From Syntrophales bacterium (GTDB lineage Bacteria > Desulfobacterota > Syntrophia > Syntrophales > UBA2210): DNA of 64,000 nt. Shown here piece by piece: positions 37,607-47,301 of this stretch. Every line of letters starts with the position of its first letter. Position 1 is the stretch's first letter. Under the pieces are notes generated by a model. The model worked only from the letters and a program-made list of their open reading frames with translations. It was not told where the DNA came from and searched no databases. The position numbers and the translations under genes were made by a program. The stretch is from NCBI GenBank assembly GCA_963666365.2, contig CAXXNF010000002.1, positions 1,504,001-1,568,000 on the forward strand, written 5' to 3'.

Positions 37607-38684
37607 TCCCTTTCTCCTGAGATGATGAGGCGCTTTTTTCATCTTCAATAAAATCGGCGGCTGTCGTATCGAAAAACTTTAAATATCTGTCGTCAATCTC
37701 GTATATCCACCCTTGATGAAGCGTATTGAATTCTTCCACCGAATCCCGCGCAATGAGGAGCGCCTCTTTTTTCTTGAGGGATTCCTCCGATTCGTCCTTG
37801 GCTATGGTAATTTCCCCTCCTCGATATTCGAATGCCGCCGTCACTTCCGCAAAGGCCTTCTCTCCGCGTTTTCCCAGTTTTATGCGATAGACGCTGTGGT
37901 CGTCCTTTGTCAACGTCATAGTGCTGCTGAAAGAAATATCGGACACTCCTTCGGCTTTTAATATATCGAATATTCTCAATTTAATTGCCTTATCGACAAA
38001 ATCGTCGACCTTCTTCGGATCTTCTTTTTTTCCTTCGGGCATCGCGGCGACAGAAAAGTGATCGCCCTTTTTCACAAACTGAAGTTCACCTGCGTCATTC
38101 ACAAGGGATGCCTCTCTGTAATTCTCTTTCTCGCCCGAAAGAATCCGCTCACTGATATATCCCCCGTAATCGCAACTGAGAAAGGTGATATGTTCCTGGG
38201 TGAGATATACATCCTGCCCTCCCTCAAGGCGGACATAGGTGCGCAGTTTTTCATCATTTTCTTTGACCTTTCCGATTATGACGCCGATAAGTTTACTGTC
38301 GTTTTCACCGAAAAATCGAATGATGGTGCTCTCTTCACCGCCGTCCACGCCAAGCTGGGCGTAATTCTCAGGATTTGAGGTCACCTTTTCACCGCATTTA
38401 ATACCCCCTGCGGCATAGAAAATTTCATTCACCCGTTCGCTTTTGGCGGGGTATCCCCCCTTGCTCGCAATAAGAAAATTGCCACCCGAACGGGACAATT
38501 CTATCTTGTCTCCATATCGTTCCATATAAATGCGGTGTACCTTCTCCGGGTTCAATCCCTGCACCAGGTAACTGCCCCTGACAAAGGTGTCGGTCCGCGC
38601 TTCTCTCTCTCTGGTTACGAAGAACGTAAGTATCACCATGACCAGAGCAATGATAAAAAGAATAGTGAGATGCTTATTTTTCAT
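37596..38684 (-). CDS. DUF4340 domain protein (Gld-like ABC accessory)
   Basis: N-terminal TM helix, GYPA, IIGK, YVR. Last gene of a GldA/F/G-like cluster. Confidence 0.75.
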   Translation of the reverse strand: MKNKHLTILFIIALVMVILTFFVTREREARTDTFVRGSYLVQGLNPEKVHRIYMERYGDKIELSRSGGNFLIASKGGYPAKSERVNEIFYAAGGIKCGEKVTSNPENYAQLGVDGGEESTIIRFFGENDSKLIGVIIGKVKENDEKLRTYVRLEGGQDVYLTQEHITFLSCDYGGYISERILSGEKENYREASLVNDAGELQFVKKGDHFSVAAMPEGKKEDPKKVDDFVDKAIKLRIFDILKAEGVSDISFSSTMTLTKDDHSVYRIKLGKRGEKAFAEVTAAFEYRGGEITIAKDESEESLKKKEALLIARDSVEEFNTLHQGWIYEIDDRYLKFFDTTAADFIEDEKSASSSQEKGNAD

Positions 38685-40575
38685 GGCGTACTCCGAGATA
38701 TTTTTTTCTTTTGTAGACCCTGACAAAGAAGACCAGAATCGCTATCAACAAAATGAAAGAGGGCGCCGCGATCATATTGTACATTTTCAGTTTCGCCACG
38801 ATTCGTTCGATTCGCATTCTCTTGTCTTTATTCAGCTCCCTCAAATCCCGCTTCGCAAGCATGAGTTTTTCTTCCAGATCCCGCTTCTTTTTGATGGCTT
38901 CGCTCTGCAGAATTGAGGCATTGTCCTCGTTTGCCTGAGAACCAAGGGATTGAAGTTCGCCCTGGTACTTCGCAATTTCCTCCTTCACAGCAGCCACTTT
39001 CTTGGCGGTTGCTTTTTCCGCCTCCGCCTCGATCTCATCGAGCACCTTGAAGGGGCGGCTGAACCTCCCTTTTGTCCGCGCCATAGCAAGCGCCCGCGAC
39101 CCGCTCAGATTTTCCACGCTGTTCAAAATCAGATTGACGTTGTCGCCGTAGGCATTGACCCCGAAAAAGGATTCCTGAAAGGCCACGAAATTATTAAGCA
39201 TGTCGACGTCTGAATAGACCACGATGGTGGTTTCCTTTTCAGATTCCTTCAACCCCTCGACCTTTTTGGGTTTTTTATCCTTGTCATCGGGAAGTATGAT
39301 CCCGTCCGGAAAGGCGCTTTTGAATTTTCCCGTAAGCTTATATCCAAGAACGACCGGAGTGTTTCCTTCCTTGTAGCGGTTCACAATGGTATCGGGATCC
39401 GAATAGATCATCATGTCCTTCGGATCCGCCGCAAGCGCGGTTCCACCCGCCGTTGTCGTCAGAAGCGGTTCGGCCGTGACACCGGGCACATCTGTCTTTT
39501 TCAACACACCTGCAAAAAGAAGTCTCACCGCTTCGAGTCGCGCCGTGATGACATCGTCTCTGTTGAAACTTTCACCCCGCAGATTCAAAAACGTGTACAG
39601 CCTCTTGGCGGGTGCATTTTCACTCTGCTGCACAACCAGCCCAAGCGCTCTGTCGGCGGCGAAGGCTCGGGGCACCATGGAACACCCCCATTTTTCAAGC
39701 AGGCCATTCAAATTCGATGCCTTTTCGAAGTACTTCTCCGCCGGATCGGCGATACAGTAGGGATCGGTGAACACCATCAGTTTTCCCCCTTTCATGACGT
39801 ACTGATCAATGGCAAAGAGCAGATTGGGGGGCAGATCCTTCGGGTGAATCACGATCAACATATCCACTTCTTCAATCTCTTTCGCGTCGGGCCCGATCGG
39901 CCACAGCTCATAAAGCTTTTTGAGCTGCGTAATCATGAACCATTCTTCCTCGGGCTGCTTTCCCTGCATCTTCATCATCTGGATCATATAGGGGGACAAT
40001 CCCATCCCGAAGACGGGAAGCCTTCCCGAGATGACGCCGATTTTCTTTTTCGCCTTCGTCGCGGCATTGTATATGGCAGATGAAATTTCGTATTCTACGA
40101 GTCCCTGTCGTTCCGGTGAAAAGAACGGAATGATCGCCTCCTGACCGAACTCCGACACCACAGCCAGACCGAAAAAAAAGGGATCGGCCCCGGTTGAAAA
40201 CTTGTTCAATCCATACTGCACTGCATCGAGTTCGTCATCCGTATCGGGCCTCGGATCGATTACGGTAAGTCGCAGTTTCCCCTTTGACATCTTTTCGAAC
40301 TCGCTCAGCAGGTCCCGTATGTACAGGTAATAATTGTTATAGAATCGAAGTGATTCCGGACCTTTCAACGCCGCCGTCCGCGCATAGTACAGCTTCATGG
40401 TAAGCGGCTGGTTCACCTCGGCAATCACCTGCTTTGTCCCCTCCGAAAGGGTATAGAGCTTGTTGTCCGTAAGATCGATCCTCCAGAACTTCCCGATGCG
40501 GTCGGTAATCATGATGGCGCAAAAGGCAATCACGGCAACGAGCACAAGAGCAATGAGCGTTCGCTTCACATTCAT
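38674..40575 (-). CDS. GldG-like ABC transporter auxiliary component
   Basis: RIDLTDNKLYTLSEGT, IDP, LEY-like, DQYVMKGG, coiled coil and C-terminal TM helix. Confidence 0.85.
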   Translation of the reverse strand: MNVKRTLIALVLVAVIAFCAIMITDRIGKFWRIDLTDNKLYTLSEGTKQVIAEVNQPLTMKLYYARTAALKGPESLRFYNNYYLYIRDLLSEFEKMSKGKLRLTVIDPRPDTDDELDAVQYGLNKFSTGADPFFFGLAVVSEFGQEAIIPFFSPERQGLVEYEISSAIYNAATKAKKKIGVISGRLPVFGMGLSPYMIQMMKMQGKQPEEEWFMITQLKKLYELWPIGPDAKEIEEVDMLIVIHPKDLPPNLLFAIDQYVMKGGKLMVFTDPYCIADPAEKYFEKASNLNGLLEKWGCSMVPRAFAADRALGLVVQQSENAPAKRLYTFLNLRGESFNRDDVITARLEAVRLLFAGVLKKTDVPGVTAEPLLTTTAGGTALAADPKDMMIYSDPDTIVNRYKEGNTPVVLGYKLTGKFKSAFPDGIILPDDKDKKPKKVEGLKESEKETTIVVYSDVDMLNNFVAFQESFFGVNAYGDNVNLILNSVENLSGSRALAMARTKGRFSRPFKVLDEIEAEAEKATAKKVAAVKEEIAKYQGELQSLGSQANEDNASILQSEAIKKKRDLEEKLMLAKRDLRELNKDKRMRIERIVAKLKMYNMIAAPSFILLIAILVFFVRVYKRKKYLGVRHEK

Positions 40576-41306
40576 CAGGCCTCCCTCCTTTCGTTCAGCA
40601 CGAGGCAGGTGGCCGCGAGCCAGCCCACTATGAACAAGAGATAAAAAGAAAGGTCTCTGAATTCGATCACCCCGCGGCGAATCGACTCGAAGTGAACCAC
40701 AAAGCTCATATTCTCAACCGCCTCAACCATCACCGCCGGCAGAATCGTCTGAAGAACATTCAGCACCGAGGGATAGTCTGCGAAGACAAAAATGCTGCAG
40801 ACCATCACCGATACGATAAAACTGATCACCTGATTGCTCGTAAAGGCCGAGCAGAAAATGCTGACCACAAGGTAGCAGCCCGAGAGCAGAAAGGCGCCTA
40901 GATATCCCGTAAGAATCACGAAATTATCCGGGTCTCCCAGGTAATTGGTGGTGATTATCAGGGGGAAGGTAAGAATCAGGGCCACGCCGATAAAGATCCA
41001 GGCCGCCAGATATTTGCCTATTACCGCCTGTCTTACGGTAACCGGAAGGGAAAAAAGAAGCTCAATGGTTCCCGTTTTTCGTTCCTCCGCCCAGAGCCTC
41101 ATTCCAATGGCGGGCACCAGGAAGATAAACAGCAGGGGCAGCATGTCGAAGAATATCCTCAGATCGGCCTGACGAACCTCAAAGTATCGTCCCCTGAAAG
41201 TGAAAAAGCTCGAAAAAAACAGAAACACGAAGAGGAGCACATATGCCACGGGAGTGGAAAAGTATGCTTTAAGCTCGCGTTTCATGACTGCGGCAATGGT
41301 ATGCAT
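40575..41306 (-). CDS. GldF-like ABC-2 permease
   Basis: RELKAYFSTPVAY, MRLWAEERKTGTIELL, GKY, TSNQ. Confidence 0.9.
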   Translation of the reverse strand: MHTIAAVMKRELKAYFSTPVAYVLLFVFLFFSSFFTFRGRYFEVRQADLRIFFDMLPLLFIFLVPAIGMRLWAEERKTGTIELLFSLPVTVRQAVIGKYLAAWIFIGVALILTFPLIITTNYLGDPDNFVILTGYLGAFLLSGCYLVVSIFCSAFTSNQVISFIVSVMVCSIFVFADYPSVLNVLQTILPAVMVEAVENMSFVVHFESIRRGVIEFRDLSFYLLFIVGWLAATCLVLNERREA

Positions 41307-41311
41307 CAGAA

Positions 41312-42022
41312 TTACCCCCTCGTGATGTGTTCGAAGAATTGATCGATCTGGCCGTTACCCTCTTCCATGAACGCAGCAGGAGTGGAATCGGCGACTATCG
41401 CGCCGCGGCTGATCACAATAGAACGATTACAGATGGCCTCGAGTTCTTCGAGAATGTGTGTGGATACGATGATTGCCTTGTCTTTGGCCATCGAAGTGAT
41501 CATATCTCTCACATCCCGCTTCTGATTCGGATCGAGACCGTCCGTGGGCTCGTCAAGAATGAGCACGGGCGGATCGCTCACAAGCGCCTGCGCGAGCCCC
41601 ACTCGCTTCTTATATCCCTTGGAAAGTGTTTCTATCGTCTGATGGCGCACACTTTCGAGTGAACATGTATCTATCACCCGCTCTATTTCGCTTTGGCGCG
41701 AATCCTTTGCGATGCGACGAACATCACAGATAAAATTAAGGAATGAAAGCGTGGTCATTTCACCATAAAGAGGCGTATTCTCAGGCATATAGCCAAGAGA
41801 CTGCCGAACCTCAAGCGGCTTTTGAACAATATCGAAGCCGTTGACGCTCGCGCTCCCCCCGTCGGGCGATAAGAGACAGGCAAGTATGCGCATGGTCGTG
41901 GTTTTTCCGGCGCCGTTTGGGCCGATAAACCCAAGCACGTCCCCCTGCTTTATCTGAAAAGAGACGCCATCGACGGCAACAATAGGACCGAATGCTTTTC
42001 TAAGGTTTACAACCTTGATCAC
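41312..42022 (-). CDS. GldA-like ABC ATP-binding protein
   Basis: GTG start at 42022. GPNGAGKTT, LSKGY, ILDEPTDGLDP, STH. Confidence 0.9.
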   Translation of the reverse strand: MIKVVNLRKAFGPIVAVDGVSFQIKQGDVLGFIGPNGAGKTTTMRILACLLSPDGGSASVNGFDIVQKPLEVRQSLGYMPENTPLYGEMTTLSFLNFICDVRRIAKDSRQSEIERVIDTCSLESVRHQTIETLSKGYKKRVGLAQALVSDPPVLILDEPTDGLDPNQKRDVRDMITSMAKDKAIIVSTHILEELEAICNRSIVISRGAIVADSTPAAFMEEGNGQIDQFFEHITRG

Positions 42023-42142
42023 TGCTGGTTCCCCCAAATTCTGAATTCCGGCATACATAATCATTTTTTTCCCCCTTGTCAAGCTTATGATCACTTTTCG
42101 ATTTCGGTTGATGCCTGCATGGACCTGTGATAGATAGCGCAT

Positions 42143-42769
42143 ATGCTGAATATCGGGTTGACAGGCGGAATCGGAAGCGGAAAATCGACAGTGGCGGCAC
42201 TCTTTCGGGAACGGGGCGCTCATGTCATCGATTTCGATGCACTGGCGCACACCGTTGAAGAACCGGGAGAAGAGGCCTGGAAAGGCATCGTCCATATCTT
42301 CGGTCGTGATATTCTTTCATCTGATGGCGCTATCGATCGAAAAAAACTGGGTGCGATTGTCTTTGCCGATGAATTAAAGTTGAAAAGTCTGAACGAAATC
42401 GTTCATCCCGCCATTTTTCATGAATGGGAACGCCTCCGCCGCACGATAGAAGAGAATAATCCCCATGCGGTCGTTGTGTCCGACATACCGCTTTTGATCG
42501 AGGGTGGCTGGCAGCGCATGTTCGATTGGCTCGTGCTCGTCTATGTGTCGCCTGAAACCCAAATCAGAAGGGTAATGACACGCAACGGCCTGAATCGCCC
42601 GGAAGTGGAAGCACGCCTGAAGGCGCAAATGCCTATCGATGCGAAGGTCCCCTTCGCCGACTTTGTTATTGATAATGAGGGGACGCCCGATGAAACCAGG
42701 GCGATTTTTGAAAAGATGTGGGAGAAAATCATGGTTCTAGGTTCAACGTTAGAGTCACATAGAACCTAG
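42143..42769 (+). CDS. coaE: Dephospho-CoA kinase
   Basis: IGLTGGIGSGKST, DR..L, HP, DIPLL, Q, IDN. Confidence 0.95.
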   Translation: MLNIGLTGGIGSGKSTVAALFRERGAHVIDFDALAHTVEEPGEEAWKGIVHIFGRDILSSDGAIDRKKLGAIVFADELKLKSLNEIVHPAIFHEWERLRRTIEENNPHAVVVSDIPLLIEGGWQRMFDWLVLVYVSPETQIRRVMTRNGLNRPEVEARLKAQMPIDAKVPFADFVIDNEGTPDETRAIFEKMWEKIMVLGSTLESHRT

Positions 42770-42874
42770 ACTTATTATCATAGATAAGGAAGATACATGC
42801 GCCTCTGAGACTAACGGCGAGTGCAAGTCAGCCTATTGAGCCCTCAACAACAATCAACTCACGGGAGATAAAAC

Positions 42875-43309
42875 ATGCGAAGAATTTTTAGAACACCCAT
42901 TGCAGTTTTGGCCTTCATGCTCTGCCTGGCCGGTCTGATCACGTTCGGCACTGCCTTTGCCCAGCAGTGCGTGGACAACGGGGAGACCGTGACAGACAAT
43001 GCTACCGGGCTAATGTGGCAGAAGGCAACGCTCGGCCCGATGAACTGGAATACGGCCATGAGTTATGCCTCCAGCCTTTTTTTAGGGGGGTATTCCGACT
43101 GGCGATTGCCGAGCAGAGATGAATTGCAGGGGCTGTACTTTGCAAACTGTAGATCGATGTTGGTTGAGCATAGTGATTTCTATTGGTCCTCTACTACCTA
43201 CGACCCCCATGCAGACTACGCATGGCACGTCGATTTCCAAAACGGCAACATAGATTGGAGTGCTAAGTTAGGATGGTACCACGTTCGTGCTGTGCGTTAC
43301 GGGCAGTGA
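42875..43309 (+). CDS. Secreted DUF1566 (Lcl-type C-type lectin fold) protein
   Basis: Signal peptide ending AFA. TVTDNATGLMWQ, DWRLP..EL, YWSST, AW.V.F..G, VRAVR. Confidence 0.88.
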   Translation: MRRIFRTPIAVLAFMLCLAGLITFGTAFAQQCVDNGETVTDNATGLMWQKATLGPMNWNTAMSYASSLFLGGYSDWRLPSRDELQGLYFANCRSMLVEHSDFYWSSTTYDPHADYAWHVDFQNGNIDWSAKLGWYHVRAVRYGQ

Positions 43310-43378
43310 GCGGGATGGGGTCAGTCGCTGACTAGAGCGTAGAAAGTAGAACCTAGAACTTTCCATAAGGAGTTTGCC

Positions 43379-43990
43379 ATGATTGAACCGAATGTAGTAA
43401 CCGATTTTAATGCAGTTGTTTCAGAACCTTCCATCGACCCGACAACCTATGTCCATCCTTTGGCTTCCGTTATCGGCCGGGTACGCCTGGGAAAGAACAT
43501 CATGGTTTCTCCCATGGCCTCCGTCAGAGGAGACGAAGGGCAACCGCTGTTTGTCGGAGATGACTCGAACGTGCAGGACGGCGTGATTATCCATGCGCTT
43601 GAGACGGAATCCGGAGGGAGACCTGTGGAAAAAAATCTCGTCGAAAAGGACGGACAACGGTACGCCGTGTATATAGGAGAACGAGTCTCTCTGGCCCACC
43701 AGGTGCATGTTCACGGACCGGCCCTGATCGACCACGACACCTTTGTGGGCATGAAAAGCTTAATCTTCAAATCCGAGGTAGGGTCGGGCTGTGTGATAGA
43801 GCCCTGCGCGGTTATCATGGGGGTGAATATCGCCGGCGGACGGTACGTACCGGCAGGTGCGGTTATAACGCGCCAGGAAGATGCAGATTCGCTGCCTGCA
43901 ATCACGGACGATTACCCCATGAAAGACATGAATAAAGGGGTTATTCATGTAAACAAGGGACTGGCCCGGGCATATCTCGCGAGAGGCTAG
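43379..43990 (+). CDS. Gamma-class carbonic anhydrase (Cam type)
   Basis: RGDEG, NVQDGVIIHALE, SLAHQVHVHGP, hexapeptide repeats. Confidence 0.9.
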   Translation: MIEPNVVTDFNAVVSEPSIDPTTYVHPLASVIGRVRLGKNIMVSPMASVRGDEGQPLFVGDDSNVQDGVIIHALETESGGRPVEKNLVEKDGQRYAVYIGERVSLAHQVHVHGPALIDHDTFVGMKSLIFKSEVGSGCVIEPCAVIMGVNIAGGRYVPAGAVITRQEDADSLPAITDDYPMKDMNKGVIHVNKGLARAYLARG

Positions 43991-44118
43991 GCGATAGGCC
44001 ATGGGCGATGGGAAATAGAAGCTGCCCGATTCAGATTCTCTCCGGCCCTGTCATAAACGATGAAGGAAGGAACACTGAGAAGACCAGGCCCTCTTCGATG
44101 CTATGTGAAAGAAAATAA

Positions 44119-44205
44119 GTTCTGTGTTCTAAGCTCAATGTTCTATGCTGTGGGTTATCGCGATAACACAGAACATTGAACTTTGAACGTTGAACGCAGA
44201 ACAGC
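44119..44205. repeat. Inverted 7-bp tandem arrays around palindrome GTTATCGCGATAAC
   Basis: gttctgt gttctaa gctcaat gttctat ... gaacatt gaacttt gaacgtt gaacgca gaacagc, between convergent genes. Confidence 0.8.
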
Positions 44206-44206
44206 C

Positions 44207-44722
44207 CTATCCCCGCCCCGTTGCCTTCAGTGTTTCCATATATACATGATAAAAGGCCTTGTTTTCGGCAACGGCGCTTTTAATAATTTTGCCTGAATCC
44301 CGGGCATTCGAAAGATTGAGTGTGAGATTGACACTCTTGTTAAAGGCCGCCATGTTATCGCCTGTTCTGAAACGTGACCCCAGAAGGACCACAAACATCT
44401 TTCTTCGAATCTGCATATTCAATTCGGCAAGATAGGCCAGAACTTCGTTTGCTTCAGGATCGGCGGTATCGAATTTTTCATCCACCACCAGCAGATCATA
44501 GGTGTGAAAGCGCATATTTTTCAGCGCTTCCTGCGCAGAACCCGCTTGGGTAACAAGGTAGCCGGTCTCCTCTATCTGGCCGGCAATTATTGACCGCACT
44601 TCCGGGTCCGATTCACAGATCAGCGCCGTTTCCTGACCCTCTTCCACAAAGTCAAAGGGTTTTTCGGCGGCGTCATAGGTCGCGGACGCAACCGTTTCCA
44701 CTATTGATTTTTCTTCGTCCAT
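44207..44722 (-). CDS. Receiver-like domain protein downstream of pilT genes
   Basis: ALICESD...GY.V..A....EAL....YDLLVVDE pattern. Confidence 0.65.
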   Translation of the reverse strand: MDEEKSIVETVASATYDAAEKPFDFVEEGQETALICESDPEVRSIIAGQIEETGYLVTQAGSAQEALKNMRFHTYDLLVVDEKFDTADPEANEVLAYLAELNMQIRRKMFVVLLGSRFRTGDNMAAFNKSVNLTLNLSNARDSGKIIKSAVAENKAFYHVYMETLKATGRG

Positions 44723-44746
44723 GTCATACCCCTCACTGTTCCCTCA

Positions 44747-45922
44747 TTACCATTTTCGTTTGTCTCTTCCGTAGCCGGTATCAACTTCGAGCCCCTCTAT
44801 GCCTGTGGTGGCCTGCCCTGATTTCGCTTTTACCTGATCGATGCCCCGGTTTACCACGCCCTTTGTCGTTGCATAGGCAAGGGCCGTTTCTTCCGAAATC
44901 TTCCCTTCTTCATAGAGCTTTATTATGTAATCGTCGAAGGTAGTCATTCCGAAGGGGGCGCTGGCCTCTATGATCTCACGGTAGGTTTTTCCTTCCGATT
45001 CTCCATGGAGGATTGTGTCTTTTACCCGGAGATTGCTCCCCATGATTTCAAAGGCGGCCACCCGTCCCCCTCCCTCCTTTGGGAGGAGTCTCTGACACAC
45101 GATCCACCGTACCGTATCGGCCAGCCGTATTCGAATCTGGTTTTCTTCTTCGGACGAAAACATACCGAGGATCCTGTTGATCGTCTGGCCCGCATCGACG
45201 GTATGGAGGGTACTCAAGACCAGGTGTCCCGTCTCGGCGGCGCCGAGACCGATTTCCACCGTTTCCCTGTCCCGCATTTCACCCACCAGAATCACCTTGG
45301 GCGCCTGCCTGAGGGCCGCCCTAAGCCCGTTGGCAAAGGAATCGAAATCGGTCCCCAGCTCCCGCTGGTTAAAGGTCGCCTTTTTGTGTGGATGCTGATA
45401 TTCCACGGGATCTTCCAGGGTAATTATATGTATCGACCGTTCTTCATTGAAGTCGTTCAGCAGGGCCGCAAGCGATGTCGACTTACCGCTTCCCGTGGCG
45501 CCTGTCACCAGGATGATGCCATTTTTCTCCTGCGCCATCCGTTCGAAGGCCGCCGGCAGGTTCAGCTGCTGTCGCGTGGGAATCTGCGTTTCCAGTTTAC
45601 GAAGGACGATGGAATAGTTCCCCCGCTGGGAGAAAATATTAACCCTGAATCGCGCCTTGCCGGGAAGCTCGTAGGAGGAATCGCAGGAACCTTCTTTTAT
45701 CAGAAATTCCGTAAGTCTGCGGTCCTGGTTGATCAGGTTCAGGGCCATGATTTCCGTCTGAAAGGGGGTCAATTTTGCAAATTCCGGTTCAATATCCACT
45801 GCCGTCAGTTGACCGGAACTTTCCACCTGAAAAGGCTTTCCCACGGTGACATTCAAATCGGACACATTGCCGTGCGAATCAAGCATTTTTCCTAAGATGT
45901 AGTCGATTTCCTGTTTTTTCAT
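44747..45922 (-). CDS. PilT/PilU family type IV pilus retraction ATPase
   Basis: GATGSGKST, EDPVE, ALRQAP, GEMRD, ETGHLVLSTLHT. Confidence 0.92.
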   Translation of the reverse strand: MKKQEIDYILGKMLDSHGNVSDLNVTVGKPFQVESSGQLTAVDIEPEFAKLTPFQTEIMALNLINQDRRLTEFLIKEGSCDSSYELPGKARFRVNIFSQRGNYSIVLRKLETQIPTRQQLNLPAAFERMAQEKNGIILVTGATGSGKSTSLAALLNDFNEERSIHIITLEDPVEYQHPHKKATFNQRELGTDFDSFANGLRAALRQAPKVILVGEMRDRETVEIGLGAAETGHLVLSTLHTVDAGQTINRILGMFSSEEENQIRIRLADTVRWIVCQRLLPKEGGGRVAAFEIMGSNLRVKDTILHGESEGKTYREIIEASAPFGMTTFDDYIIKLYEEGKISEETALAYATTKGVVNRGIDQVKAKSGQATTGIEGLEVDTGYGRDKRKW

Positions 45923-45975
45923 CTTTCTTACCTCGAATGTTCCAATGATACGTGCTCAGGGCGTGGCAACCCTCC

Positions 45976-47061
45976 CTAGACCTCGGTGAAATCCGAAGGA
46001 GGATTCTTCAGGAACGGCCTGAATTTGGCCTTGTCGTTGGATTTCGAATAGGCATCGTCGGCGCCGATCCATCCTTTTTGAAGGAGTTCCATGATCGAAT
46101 CGTCGAGAAGCTGCATGCCGAATTTTTTTCCCGTCTGAAGCATGGAAGGAATCTGGAAGGTTTTCGATTCCCGAATGAGATTGCGCACCGCCGGCGTCGC
46201 AATCAGTATCTCAAGGGCGGCGCAGCGTCCCGGTTTATCGACCCGCTTAAAGAGCACCTGGGCAATGACCGCACGAATGCCATCGGCCAGCGTTGAGCGG
46301 ATCTGCGCCTGCTGATTGGCCGGAAACACCTCAATCACGCGGTCGAGCGTCTTTGCCGCGCTTGTGGTATGAAGCGTGCCGAAGACGAGGTGTCCCGTGG
46401 AGGCCGCCTCAACAGCCAGCGAAATCGTTTCAAGATCCCGCATTTCACCCACCAGAATCACATCGGGGTCTTCACGCAGCGCGCCTCTGAGGGCTGCAGA
46501 AAATGACTTTGTATGGACACCCACTTCCCGGTGATTTACAATGCAGCTCTTGCTCTGGTGGACGAATTCGATAGGATCTTCAACGGTGATGATGTGGTCT
46601 TTCCTCGTCTTGTTCACTTCGTCAACAATCGCGGCAAGGGTCGTGGATTTTCCGCTTCCCGTGGGACCGGTCACCAGAACAAGCCCCCGGGGAAGCGACG
46701 CCAGTTTCTTGACCACCGGAGGCAGACCTAACTGATCGGCACCGAGAATGGTGCTGGGTATTTCCCGGAAGACGGCGGCAACACCGTATTTCTGCTGAAA
46801 GAAATTAGCTCTGTACCGGGCAAGATCAGGAATTTCGTAGGCAAAATCGACATCGCCGGTCTCTTCAAACTGTTTGACTTTGTGTTCCGGGGTAATTTCG
46901 TAGAGCATGGATTTCAACTCGTCATTTTCGAGTTCATGGTATTTGATCCTCTCCATCTCGCCCCGAATCCGTATCACCGGCTGCTGTCCCGATACAAGAT
47001 GAAGGTCCGATGCACCCTGATCGTGCATGAGTTTGAAAAAAGCATCTATCTGCGCCATCAC
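45976..47061 (-). CDS. pilT: Type IV pilus retraction ATPase PilT
   Basis: ASDLHL, GPTGSGKST, EDPIE, ALREDPD, GTLHT, AVRNLIRE. Confidence 0.94.
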   Translation of the reverse strand: MMAQIDAFFKLMHDQGASDLHLVSGQQPVIRIRGEMERIKYHELENDELKSMLYEITPEHKVKQFEETGDVDFAYEIPDLARYRANFFQQKYGVAAVFREIPSTILGADQLGLPPVVKKLASLPRGLVLVTGPTGSGKSTTLAAIVDEVNKTRKDHIITVEDPIEFVHQSKSCIVNHREVGVHTKSFSAALRGALREDPDVILVGEMRDLETISLAVEAASTGHLVFGTLHTTSAAKTLDRVIEVFPANQQAQIRSTLADGIRAVIAQVLFKRVDKPGRCAALEILIATPAVRNLIRESKTFQIPSMLQTGKKFGMQLLDDSIMELLQKGWIGADDAYSKSNDKAKFRPFLKNPPSDFTEV

Positions 47062-47301
47062 AATTCTCCTTTAGTGTTTAAAATCAAATTTTGCGGTTAC
47101 TTTTGTTAGTTTGTAAGACGCGGTATGTCCTCTGGAAAGTTACGGATCGGAAAATTCTTTTTACCAAATCGCCTGCGAGTGATACTATAGAAAATAATCT
47201 CGAATCTTGTCAAGACATAAGACCACTATGTAAAAAAGTCCCGCACCGACATGCATGGTGCGGCAGGCACTCCCCGTAATGAGAAAGATGGAGGAATGGC
47301 A

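Noticed and set aside
42780..43360. Complete DGR in this window
   Set aside because: No reverse transcriptase, avd or AAC-rich template repeat found.
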